Source: Epiperipatus broadwayi
Taxonomy: Eukaryota > Animalia > Onychophora
NCBI GenBank assembly: GCA_028023455.1
Contig: JAQFVV010000001.1
Location: 28,334,001 to 28,398,000 of the forward strand
Direction of reading: 5' to 3'
Length of the DNA stretch: 64,000 bases
Numbering within the stretch: the stretch's first letter is position 1; every line of letters begins with the position of its first letter. The translations under genes and the position numbers were made by a program. The notes under the pieces were generated by a model. The model worked only from the letters and a program-made list of their open reading frames with translations. It searched no databases and was not told the origin of the DNA. Below, piece after piece: positions 50,611 to 64,000 of the stretch.

Positions 50611-53600
50611 AATTATTATTTTTAGATGTGTGTTTTTGATTACTGCATTCATAGAAATAGATTATAAACAATATACATGAATATTTATTATCTTAAATGT
50701 GTTTATTGTTATGTTATATGTAATGATTATGAAATTTTTATTTTATTTTATTATTGTTGTAAAAGTAATTTTCAACATGGAAGGCAGGGTGTTTTCGATA
50801 ATAGATTTATAAACGAATGTTACTTTGGATATAATGACGTCGTTTATACAAGGGACTGAATGATTTGAACTCTCTCACTGACATTTTGACTTTATATATG
50901 CAGATCTAAGCACTTTCGGATAATTTTTTTAAAATATATTTTAAAGTATTTACTTATTAATCATAAAAGGTAAAAAGGATTATATTTGACTAGTAAAACT
51001 GAACAGGATTGCTGAAATTTGTTAAAGGAATAAGAAAGTAGATTCATAGCATTCAAAATCATTTTAATATTTTTTATTAAAAATGGATATCACATGATCA
51101 AAATGATTTAATAATGGAATATAAAAGCTAACAATGTAATATTGTATATAAGATTTGTTTTTATCTGCAGATATAATTTTATATCATCAATGAAGTGGGT
51201 TTGTACTCAGGAATTAATCAGTTTGGCATACTGTAATTGATGGAAATTGGCATCTATTCATTCATGATGTTATTATAGTGTTAAATACTTGCAAAATGAA
51301 AGATAAAATTTAGTACTTGTAAAATACTGGAATTAATAAAGTACACATTATTTTGTATAATGGTTTATAATATTTTTACTTGGATTAGACTATATCATGG
51401 TTAAATTATAACTTACAAAAGAGACTTTGGAACTATTGTGTTATTTTAGAAAACTATACAGAAGGACAGTGATTAGATTCAGGTTTATGTTAATATATAT
51501 ATATGTATATATTGTAATGGAACATCCAATCGTCGTAATTGTTGGGCGGTAAATGTAATGGAATGTGATATATGTATGAAAAGAAATGAAATTGTCCTAT
51601 TCATTATGAGCTAATTGAAATGGACAATTCACTTCCATTATAACATATCTCAGGTTTTGTTTTATTTTCTTAAAGTATATACATAACAAGTATAAACTAA
51701 CGCAATCAATGAATTTAAAATGCAATAAACTAGGTTGTGATGCTAAGCTTTTATTTGAACAATCTACCAATTTGAGTAGATATTTGTTGATAGATTATGT
51801 CCATGCAATTGAAAATATATTATTCATGAATGAATGAGATTTAAGTATTCTTCAAATCATTTCCTTGGCTAGCTATATGTAAAATAAACCTGGATACTAA
51901 AGAACAATGATAAAGACATCTTATGTGGTTTATTCTCAGGGTTAACTTGATTAATGATTTGATTATTCACTAAAATACAAATTGGAAGCAAAGGGAATTT
52001 TGTTGAATCCAACCTATATTTACAAACAAAGATTATATATAACTTAATATTCCAATTAATGATGGCTTAATTAAATGATTATGAGATTGAATATTAACAA
52101 AATACAAAGCACTATACAAAATAAAGGTCTTATTTAATTGATTGTAAATCTAAAAATTAGCTAATGGCTTCTGCACTGAAAAGAGAAAATAAAGGTATTA
52201 ATAAATTTTAAATAAAAACACCAAGTCATTTCTTATGAAACAAATGATATATGCTTTATTTTAAATTGTGGTTAGATCTTTTCAAACAGTAATAAATATA
52301 TGTAAGAACATACAAAATCAGCCGACTTTTCAAATTTCCAACTTTGTTAAACATAAGTTAAATGGAAATACTTATGAGCAATAAGTATAAATTGGAATTT
52401 ATGTTTACATAGGAATCATTCATCAATTGTCATATATAAAACTGTAATAAATAAATAAAAAAGATAAGTTGATAATAGCTTGTTTAAATAATAATTTAAT
52501 ATCATAGATGTTGTCTCTCAAGGCTGGATCATTTAACAAAGCAACAACACAAAATATAAGAATGTTTTCCCCACTATGCTATGTCTATATATCTATTTGC
52601 TTCATTTACATCGAACCATGTTACTCTTTTATCATTAGTACCAAGTATTTATACTTATTATTGATATAAGACTTATATCCTAGCCTGAAATATTCAACAT
52701 TTTATTTATAACTTCATTGATCTGGGCTTCATTAAATGCCTACCACAAAATATATATCTATGATCCATATTATGTGACTTTTATAGACAAACAAAATACA
52801 TATCAAAACAATTCCTAGGTAACGTGTGTGGGAATATCAGTCTACAACTCTGATGCTAAATAACTATAAAACTGATCCATCCTTTCAAAACACATCAAAT
52901 GATAAGATTAATAACAAAATGCTGAAAAGTATTAAATAACGATAAAATTTGTGAACGTGAATTTAATTTATTATATATATATATATATTCATAAATGATC
53001 TTCATGCAAACAAGTAACACTTTATTTGTTTCTCAGTTTAAATCATACACAATATTTATGCTTGGCATATGTATATACGTAATACATTTAAATTAAATAC
53101 AACAAGTTTTATTGATGAATGAAGTGCAATATTTACAATCATTGTCTTTAATTTGGAATTTATAATCAATTTATGTATGTAAGATTTATAACAAAACAAA
53201 AATTAAAAATTAATTAATAAATTGCCTGTGGCATCAGTTTTATTAATTAAATTAAGATATTGAAACAAACTATTCATAGACATCATAAATAAACTAACAA
53301 ATATAAGTTTTAATATTTTATGGAAAATGAATATGTTTTTAAATTATAATGATAATTAAAATTCCAAATTGACATATATATAAAACATCTATTTTTATAA
53401 TCAGTTTTTTTAAATAAAAAAAAAATAAAATAAATAAGTTTTTAACATGCAGAAAATAAATAAATTTTGATTAGTTACCTATATAATCTTAACTTTCTTT
53501 ATCATTTAGAGTTTCTTGTTTATTTAAAATATTTTGATTTTGTTTAAATAACTTTAAAATAATAATAATATATTAACAACACATGTTTATATTTCCTGCT

Positions 53601-54068
53601 TGAGCAATTAATTTCTGGCATTTTTTTTCTCTTTTTATCAAGATTCAAATTGATGAATTAGCTGAATTAGCAGATTGATTTGATCATTTACTCAAAACAA
53701 TTAGAAGATTTTGCAGTTAGAATAGCTATTCTCTTCAATGTCAGCTTTTAGACACTTGCTTGGTGATTAATTACATGTTTCTCTGGATTTTGATAGTGAA
53801 ATAAGATAGGCAAAAGGGTGAAGTGCCCGACAATCTATTGTTCTAGCTTGACCTGTTGATGCTATATCTGGGTCCAATACTGTTGTAATTATGCCAAAAG
53901 AAGAAATTATGAAACAGACAAAGTAAAGTTTTGACTTCTTTCTTTCAGTTTTTAATGGTGGTGATCCCATTTGTTGCTATAGTAATTTCTTTCCATTGTT
54001 TAAACCTTTCACGTGCTAACTTAAAAAATCTTCATTACAACAGTTGTTGATTTTTTTAAATATTAAAA

Positions 54069-54069
54069 C

Positions 54070-54100
<31 letters not shown>
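54069..54100. repeat. (AAT)n microsatellite
   Basis: Directly visible in the sequence. Confidence 0.9.
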
Positions 54101-54103
<3 letters not shown>

Positions 54104-54849
54104 TATTACATAGAAAATCAGTTTTGCAGTTTACAAAAATAAATAAATAAATAAGCAATAAACAATAAAATTGTATCATAAACAATTACCAAAAATAAAA
54201 TACAAAATAAATATATAGTAGCAATTTTATGTTATTATTTATATATAATATTTATATACTGTAATGGTATATAATATGCTGTTACATTATTTTAAATTAA
54301 AATAAAAAGATTATAAATAAAAATTGATTATTAAAAAGAAAAAAAAAACTTAACTGAAAATTAAAAGTTGTCTAATGTATATAATATATCGCACAAATGG
54401 AATGAAAACTTTAAAAGTATTATTTTCTTTTTAAAATAGAAAAAAAAAGATATTTGAATGTACTTTTTTATAAAAAAAAGGTACAAGATCTAAAGATAAA
54501 ATATTTTTGTTAAAAGATTCCTATGTAATCTCAGTAAATGGAAATGATTGTTTTATAAATTAAATGAAAAGCAAACTAGCCCTTGGGGCTCTTATATAAA
54601 AAAAAGTCAGATGAAAGATATAGATAAGTGAACAAAAAAAATTAGATGTCCAATAGAAGCAGCAAACCAATGCTTGGACCGTAATGAAAATGATTGGAAC
54701 AGGAAACTATATTCAATGAATCCGGAGGATAACTATAAAAAGAAAAATATCCAAATTAATAACAATTCCAGCTTGATTTTTTTTGAGAGGCATGATAAGA
54801 TGCACTTGTCACCCTCTCTTACTTATTTAAAAATGAAATGACTGTTGAA

Positions 54850-55017
54850 TTATGAATGGTACTGTTGCAGACACCGAATCATATGGGTACTGCAATTAAA
54901 TAGTACCAGGATTGAACCAGCTAAGGCAGCCTCCAGATTGAGAACTATGGTATGAACAACAGACTGGTCTTCCATGAAAGTCTTCATGGGAATTGGCAGC
55001 AGGAACCGGTAGCTCTT
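54850..55017 (-). CDS. Probable terminal coding exon of an unidentified gene (KSYRFLLPIPMKTFMEDQSVVHTIVLNLEAALAGSILVLFNCSTHMIRCLQQYHS*)
   Basis: tatcttacagtag NAGNAG acceptor, 55 open codons then TAA, GC well above background, globular-like composition. An alternative frame is also open for about 40 codons. Confidence 0.6.
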   Translation of the reverse strand, partial: KSYRFLLPIPMKTFMEDQSVVHTIVLNLEAALAGSILVLFNCSTHMIRCLQQYHS

Positions 55018-57032
55018 CTACTGTAAGATATAAACGGAAATTTAAAAAAAAAAACATAATTAAGAACTTTCAAGATTTGACAAGCTAAACCTTTTTTTTT
55101 TTTAAATGAACTTTAATCTGACTTTTCAAATCAATTATTAATGTTTAATTTTTATACATTTGAGTTTGCTGACTTAATCATTTTCATTTTTTTAAATATT
55201 TATTGACTAAATTATTTAAATACATTAAATTAAAGTTGGGTATAGATGACTGCATAGATTCGTTAATGTTTAATTATGTTTTTGTTTTCATATTTGATTA
55301 AAATATGTAGATATTTGGTAAATATGATACCTCACGTTGAGTATCTAAAAATGTATTTATTCTAATGCCCTTTAAGTTATTGGTGTCAATGCGGCATCTT
55401 ATGATGAATGCCATTGGGTTTTTTGTAAATTTCTCTCTGCAATTCCATCAATGGCTTTATATTTTGATCATTTATGTTTATTTTGAAATGTTTTTAACTG
55501 AGTAATCTATGTAGCCTAACTATTATAATACAAACTTTTATAAAATGTCCATCTGTGCGGTCCTTCTTAATAATTTAAATTAAAAAATTAATAACCAATC
55601 TTAAATAATAAATTTTATTTATATGTGCGTTAATAAATGTTTGTATGTTAATTATTGGCAGTGGCTTCTTTTATTTTTTTTAATATTGAAAAGATATTTT
55701 AAGTATTTATATTTTATAAATCTCTGCGTCTCCATGGGCTAGTGACTAGGGCTGATGGTCAAAATGAAATATATATATAAAAACTGGATCTTAACAGCGC
55801 AAATCTGCCTACTCTATAAATTTTCCAGTTTCAAATGGCCTGGTAGCACCCTGTATGGCAGATACAGTAAGACTGTGAGCTCCACTTCTCATCCGACCGT
55901 TATAATACACAGACAAATACAAATTTATATATTATCATTGCACGTATCACAATAAAATAAAATGAACTAAATAACAACAACAACTAACAAACACAAACTA
56001 TATGCAAACCCCTATGTCTAAGCCAAATTAATGGAAACAATTTTTTTTAACATAAATGGCACTTTGATGGGTGGATCTTTTCATCCTTTACAACATATAT
56101 GTGTATTTAATTATATAATGTTCTAAATATAATTGATTGCTATATTTTAAGTTATATAATTGTTTTTTTTTTTTATATGTGTGAAATAAAGGAAAGTTAA
56201 AAATTATAGATTAAATTTTAACAAGGAAAACTTTGATTTAAAATATTATTTTATTCATTAACTGCAAATTATTTTAAATACACATCTGATAAGTATTGAA
56301 AATCTAAAAGGACTATATCCTAGCAATTATTTATTGCTATTTTATTTGAAAAATAAAGAGAATGAATAAGTAAACTCATGATTATTTTATTGTATTTCAG
56401 TTCATTTTTTTATGAAGATGAGAGAAAAGAGTCATTAATTTTCTTGTATTTTAAAGAGTTTAGATATATAACATTTTCCATCACACATAAATATATATTA
56501 TATATTAAACATTACATAGGTGAATTTTGATGTATAAACACCTACTTTATTAATATTAATTGCACTGGAGATTATGTACCATAATATTTAATTATATGTT
56601 TTGAACATTTATTGTCTATTGTAATTTTTTTTATATATTTATTGTTAATAAATTTCAAATTCATTTAAAACAAATAAACTTAGTTTAATTGTCAATCTAT
56701 TTATAAAGCAAACCCATTGGCTAATAGTATTTGACAGATAATAATCATGTACTGACTTACATCATAGTTTATAATAAATACTTATAAGATAGTCTAAGGA
56801 TTAAGCAATTGGATTAGTAAATGGATGTACATATACATATTATTTTCTTTATGATAAATCTAATATATTATCATTTAAATCAGATACACACTTTAATGTA
56901 GCAATAAGTTAATTAATTTGGTATTGCTAGACATTTAATAAGAAAGTAGATTATTATAATATTTTTTTTAATTATATGCAATAATTATTTTGAGTGGAAA
57001 TGTATATTTGAAATAATTTGATATAGTATAAA

Positions 57033-57060
57033 GCATATATATATATATATATATATATAT
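57033..57060. repeat. (TA)n microsatellite
   Basis: Directly visible in the sequence. Confidence 0.9.
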
Positions 57061-60000
57061 TGTTTAAGATAAGTAAAGGCGATTATAATTGGATGCCTGT
57101 ATATTCTGTATATTTTTGTAAACTATATTATTTATTGGGTGAATGTTATAGCAATTTAGGATTTAGTTATAAAGATAATAATCTTGTTATAATATGCAAT
57201 TGGGAATAGCATATATTGAAATTGATATTTGAGTTCTAGTAATTGGAATGATTTATTTCGATTGAATTTAAAAACTCATCATATAGATTGTAAATTTAAT
57301 TTAAATACAAAGCTTTGATATAGATATTCGCTTATAATAGATTATTAATAATATTAGACATATTAAAATAATTATGATTTAAAGTTTAGCAACCTAGGTT
57401 TTTTTGGTTTGACGGATAATTCTTTGTGATTTGTTAATAGTATTTGTATAAGTATTAAATAAAAATCTTTCATTTAGTTCATGTCATCATGATTAGATAT
57501 CATAAACTTTAAGGTTATTTAGAGGATTGACTTTATATTAGTATAAATTGGTGATAATAGTGTGATATGCTAGATTAATTGATCTTGTGTATTGTGTTTT
57601 ATTATAGTTTAATAGTGAAACATTTTATATTTTTATTACAAATTGACGTTATGAAATTTATAAAATTTTTAAAAAGTTTTATATAGATTAATATACATAA
57701 ATCTGGTTAGCAAAATCTTTTATCATTCTCAATCCATTACAATTGATTTATTTAATATGAGCATATTACTATTTTTGGAGATATTATTTCATTAGTATTG
57801 TTTTTATTTTTATTTCTATTAGCAATATTTTCATTTTATTTAATTACCATTAGTGATCAGCTATTGGATTGTATACATTACTTAGTTATGATTCATATTT
57901 TAAGTTTGCAGATTATATTAAAGTTTTCCTGCCTCATTTTTATTATTTTTATTGTGTTACAAATAGCTTCTAAATTTGTAGATATATTAAGGTTATTATT
58001 ATTTTGTCCATTCATGAATTATTTTATTCAGTTATAAATAGCATTTAACATTTAGAATAGGTTTATATCATAATAAATGGTGTCTCAATTCATGAGGAAT
58101 ACTAAAATGTATCTTCCTTATATTTTGTCATCATTTTTATTCTGTTACAAATAGTTTATTCAATATAGACCTATTGTTATTTATAAGACCGTATTATTCC
58201 ATTATTGTTTTTTTCATTTTCATTTCATTATAAACTATAATTAATAATTAGGCTACAGCCTTATTCTTGTTACAAATGTCATTGCAATTCATAGGGTTTT
58301 ATTTAATTAGGACCATTCTTTCATGGTTCATTTTTCTTTTATTACAAATGTCACTCAAATCTGTGGGACTAATAAGAACTTGTCACAATATTTATTCTGT
58401 TACAATATGTATAAGATTCTTGATGTTTGAGGCATTTTGGAGGAATCACTTGAGCTTGCTCTCCAGAATAAAACTTTAAATTAGAATGAAATCCCCCTCC
58501 CCCCAAATTAATGATAAATTTAATTTTTTAAAATAACTGCATGACTTTTAAAAATGATAGCCAGATAGATAAGAATTTTGTTAAAAGATAATATTCATGT
58601 GATGTTAAACAATGCGTGCAAAAGACATTGGAGATTTTCTTAATCAAACTATACATTAAGTTTATTAAATACTTTTAAATATAAAAATCAGTAAGAGCCA
58701 TTTTAAATCTTATTTTAATAAGTTATATATAAAATAGATCATTAAGACAACAGAATAGACATCAAGATTTCCTAAAAATGACTCAAATAATATATACCCT
58801 ATCATGATTTAAGTAAGATTTATATATCTCAAATCTATTTTAGTATTAACATAACGATGATAAATTTGATCAAAGTGTTTGTAATTTTTGTTTAATAATT
58901 ATGATAGATCTACATTAATTTATGTATTATATTTTATTTTTATTTTTCACTTTTATTTTACAAATAATAATATTGTTAATAAAAATTTATAATACAGAGA
59001 TATACTTTATGAATCTAGTAATAATCTTTAATTAAGTATCCCTTTTAATTTTTAACACAGGCTTTTATCTTTTTTCTGTTTTTATATTCACCCTATTTTT
59101 AATCTTTAGATATTTATTGATTTACCTATTCTTATTCTCCTTTGCTTTCATCATATATTTCACCCATTATCCTGGGACATCTACTTAATTAATAACAATA
59201 TATTAATTATTTTTTTTACAAATTAACATACAATTAATGGATTTTATTTTAATATATATAATGCATGAAAGAGAATAGAAAACACCTAATAATACTCTCA
59301 ACATAAATTATCACATAAAACAAACCATATCAATTATATAAGTAGGTTTTTTTTTAAAAAAAATAAATATTTTTTTTTTAAATCTAATAATCTTTCAACT
59401 TTATAGATTAAATATAAAAATATTTGTAAATAACAGTAAATCAAGCTTTTCTGTAATATACTATTTTAGCTTTTAAAAAAGGCTTTCTATAAATTATAAC
59501 ATGCATATTTTATTATCATTGTATTTCAGTGATAAAGGCTATTCTTACCTCTGCTTTTTTGCATGTATTCAATATTGTTAACTCTGTCTATTTTTTGACA
59601 TTACTGTTTTATGACAATCTTCTCTTCTTCTTGACCTGTTCACAATTTTAATCATGACATTTTTTACCAGTATGTCTATATAATTATTCAACATAATTTT
59701 TACTTTATTCTCATATTTTCCATATTGAAAATTATATTATTTTTTTATTTTGTTATAATAGTTTTTTTTTTATTCTTCTAATGGAAGATATGTATATATT
59801 ATTAAAAATTGGAATTTTAACACCATAAATAATAGAAAAATATGTATCCTTGGGATAAAGTTGCCTGTAGGAATTGAACAATTTGGTACTAATAATATTG
59901 CTTCATATTAATATATTAATTTTATTTTTTTATTTGATTATGTATGCAGTATTGGTTAATGCGATTTTTTTTAATAGAGATATATGCAAAATTAAACTTA

Positions 60001-62479
60001 TAATTCTAACACATTTAACAACAGAAATAAAATATATTATTACAAGGGTCAAAGTTTAGGTTTCATGTCTTCACAAAAAATTTAATGTAATTATAGCAAT
60101 TTAGTCATAGTACTGATAAATCTATTTTTTCTTTATTTTCCATTTCTCAATTCCTGTAATTGGAAATATTTTTCTTAAGTAATTATTTTAACATGGTTCA
60201 AAATTTATTTTAATAAATAATATAAACAATTGACATTTTTTAAAACTTACATGAAACAGTAAAATATATTAATATTATATATTTTTAAGGCATTCATTCC
60301 ATTATAAAAAAATTTGCATTATTACTTGTTTTTTTTTTAAATCTATAGAATAAATTTGGATTAATTAGGTGGAATACTATCTTATAAAAGTCAAAAAACT
60401 TAAGTTGAATAATATAATGCTATATGATTAATCTGTTACCAAACGAAAGTGATTATGAGTAGGTCATAGACCAGATCATGTCTTAATCAATTATTAACTT
60501 TGAGGTAAGCTGAAAAAGAACTATAAGTTTGTCCATTATCCTAAATATAACTTAGAGAACTGGGGAGAGGGAATGTAAATGTAATTGATGAAAAACAGAA
60601 CTGACAAATAATAATTATTGTGGAATATGAAAAAAAGTTAGATTAAAAGCCAATGAAAATCAAAATTGACGACTGATTAATATAGTGGTGATTAAAAAAA
60701 TAAAAGATGCCATAATGAAAAAGAGTACATATCTTTTATGAGAATTGAATAGGAAAGTTAAAAAAATGATCAGAAAAGAGAATCAGCCTATTTGGAGTTA
60801 TATTTTTAAAATGACAACATGCGCGGGAAGTGTCTATTAAGATGGAATATTTTATATAGATTCCCTGTAATTAATTGTTAAGTTAGACTAATCTATTCCA
60901 AAAACATAAAGAAACTTGAATTGATGGCATTGCATTTCAAAGGTTTTTTGCTGGTGTTTAAATGAAAATCAATATAAATGCTGACCAAATTATGCTTTTT
61001 AATCTGGAAAGCTACTTAATGGGCTACATATTGGGCAAAATTTATATTCCTATATCAAAGATTCTTATTTTAAAAAGTTAATTAAGCATTCAGAGAAAAA
61101 AAATTCATAGTGTGAAAAAGACAAGGAATATGACAACAGAATCAACATAATTGATAATGAAATATATAATAGAAATATTTGACCCTTTTTTGATTTTTTT
61201 TGGACCATTTATGACTATTAAAGAATCCCATACTCAAGATATTCATTACAAACTAAAGGCAGATTGGGAATGACAAATACGAAACAAAATTACATGTAGG
61301 CACTTATCTTTAAAACAAATTCAGAATTGCTCAAGGTATATAATTTCATATGATTATCTGTACATGCATAAGTTGGTCACTGAAAGTGAATAGTGTTGAT
61401 ACTTTTGAATGCTTAAATACATTTTTGAGAATTCCATGCATAGCAGAGAAAATGAAACAAATTATTTAATCATTTTATATTTTAATTGTCAAAATTTATA
61501 TGCTGAAGTTGAGTGGAATCAATGATGAAGAAAGGTATGGGTCCAAACCCATTTACTAATTGACTATCCTGAGGCTAAACAAGTTTTTTATTAACCTCTA
61601 CAATAGCTCTTTTTCATAAGTTATTGATCGTAATTTTTGAACTATTTTATTATACAAACAACTTTATGTCAATATAAATGTGAAAAATATATATTTTTAT
61701 GAAGAAAATAAATTCAAAAATTATGGCTCAAGCATGGCACTTTCAGTGCTTGAACTTTTTATGAACTTCCAAATAACGAACCATTGGGTGATGATAATGC
61801 TGATTGTTGTTACTGATTTGAACTTAAAATTTGTAAGTCTGATATATATTAAAAATCTCTCCTTTATCTCATTTACCCAGAACTTATTATGAACATTTTG
61901 TTAATAAAAACATTGTTTATTTAGATTTTAAACAGTTCACTAAAGTCATATTTAAACAATATTATTCTTAGTTTTATTTTGGTATATTACGTTTTTATTT
62001 ATTTGTTCGTTTCATTGTTGTTTTGTTTTTTATTTTGTTTCTATTATTATTATTGTTGTTTTGTTTTTTTACTAATTTATATTAATTAACTCACTGTGCA
62101 ATCTATAACTGTTAAATGCTATTGATATGCACATAAAATAAAGAATTGAATTATTAATAATAATAACTAGCACAACTTTTTAATTTTATTATTTAAAGTT
62201 CAATTTATTATTTTAAAAATCATAGTTTTTTCGGTATATGTATAAAACATTTGCTATATATACTATATGTGTTTGCAATTTGTTTGTATTAATTACGTTA
62301 TATATTAAAAAAGGTAATAAAATAGCTTTCGAATAACATTTTTAAAATAAAAAGTCCTCCCCTACAGATCCATGAAAGAGAATGGTTATAAAATTACTAT
62401 TACATGTTATTTATAAATATAAAACATTATTAATTGTACATAAGAGTGTGTGTAGTTATTGTATGTATTTTTATGGCTG

Positions 62480-62570
62480 CATGGCATAGTATAGTGATTA
62501 TTACATGTGTTTGTCATACCCATGACTCAAAGTTCGAATCTAGATGAAATTATGTTTTTTTTCCGATTTC
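62480..62570 (+). mobile_element. Degenerate tRNA-derived (Asp-like) SINE head
   Basis: TAGTATAGTGATTA A-box-like, TTGTCAT anticodon-like loop, AAGTTCGAATC B-box-like. No TSD was found. Confidence 0.4.
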
Positions 62571-64000
62571 AATAAAGTTGTTTTTTTGTTTTTTGTTTCT
62601 CCTAGTAATCAGCCCATAACAGTCAATTATGCCATCCATCTCTCTTACTATTTGCAGTCTTAATTTATAAAGAATAAAACAAAAAAAAGAAAAACTTTTC
62701 TACCTGGTGTTTGGGAAGCTTGTTGAGATTTATTATCTTTAAGGTTTCTCTTTAAAGATATATTGGCCTAGTCTTTGCCATGCATCAAGGTATTTAAAGA
62801 TTTTTTTCCCCCTATATGTTTGTGTATATAATTTTATCTATAGTTATTATATAATTGATACTAATTCAGGACAATTAAATGACTTGATTTCGGTCAATAC
62901 AAACGTTCTCTTATTTCTTAAAATATGTTTCATAAAGCAACTTTTTTTGATTGTATGGGCTACTGGCAATTACATGTTTTATTATTTATATATATATATA
63001 ATAATAATAAAGGCTTTATTTTATTTCTGCTTGAATTTTATGCTGATTTTAACTGGAGTGACAATTTGGTGTTGCTCTTAATTGAAAAATACACCTGGCA
63101 TGCTCCTATTAATTTAATAGCAGATCCATAGTTAGTCATTATTATTTAAAATATATTTGATAGTATTATCTTAATTGAACATTTGAATAACATTTATTTT
63201 TAGAAATTTAAAAAAAAAAAAAAAGAAATTGATATCTATAATATACGAATAGAAAAAAATGTAAATTAAAGATAATAAGATTGGATGCATTTAATAAAAG
63301 TTGTCTTTTTTTTTTTTCTCTGGATTGCTTGCTGTCAGCTTAATAATAGTTCCTTTTCTGAATTATTAATAAATAGTGTCACTAGGATTGATTAATTTAG
63401 AACATTTGTTTTATTGGCCAGCACTTGTTAGAGAGTGGTAATAAAATAAGTGAAGAAAGCAATCATTTTCTTTCCTATCACAGGGAGGGGCTGGTAATGT
63501 TCTTTGACTCATTCATGATCACATTTCAGTCATCAAAAAAAAATTAACCCCCTATTTTTGAATTTAGTGAATTTGAAAATGCAAAATCTGTATAAATGCA
63601 TAATTATCAAAATTGTAATTAAAGTTAAAAATCTTTCAAAAAATAATAGTAATTCACTGTTGCATCAAAATTTTTCGCTCAAGCTAAAATTTCCTATTAA
63701 ATATATTACTATTTTAGTTAAGATGAAAATCAGTCTTAGTTTGCAAAAGGAACACTTGATTAGTTCTTTATATTTAATAGGAATCTGAATATCTATTTGT
63801 AAATTCACTTATAGGTAATAACATTTAAATATATAATCTTCTATGCTAATGTATATTATTCATTTGATACTAGATCAGATAATAGAAATAATACTGACCA
63901 ATGATCTATAAGGAAAAATAAGTCATTCTTCTATTTTTTTATTATATAGGTGAAAAGAATCTGTTGTATCTATTTACACAAGTAAAAATTTGTAAAAGAA

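Noticed and set aside
55725-55925. GC-elevated block resembling a SINE
   Set aside because: No A/B boxes, TSD or second copy in the window.
59548-63530. Additional exon candidates (59548-59670 minus; 61500-61534, 61747-61832 and 63484-63530 plus)
   Set aside because: Each has one good splice signal, but frames are blocked or cannot be linked with confidence.

Overview
Very AT-rich (roughly 70-75% A+T by eye) eukaryotic, probably invertebrate-animal, genomic DNA. It has no long intact ORFs and no prokaryotic features such as operons or CRISPR arrays. Most of the window is decayed or non-autonomous transposons: a Penelope-like element (RT plus GIY-YIG) folded into a 2.8 kb inverted repeat, an internally deleted esterase-ORF1 LINE, RTE remnants, three Gypsy-type LTR relics, mariner/pogo/hAT/piggyBac/ISL2EU-like DNA elements, tRNA-derived SINEs and several hairpin (foldback) elements. 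The most striking feature is at 34.25-35.37 kb: a nested inverted repeat holding three minimal type I hammerhead ribozyme motifs, each followed by tRNA-like A/B-box sequences, which resembles a Penelope pseudo-LTR or a retrozyme. Scattered short GT-AG-bounded segments suggest a fragmented plus-strand host gene, possibly with RI-like LRRs, and one convincing minus-strand terminal coding exon at 54850-55017. Neither gene could be named. All calls come from manual reading and motif recall; no searches were run, and identity figures are visual estimates.
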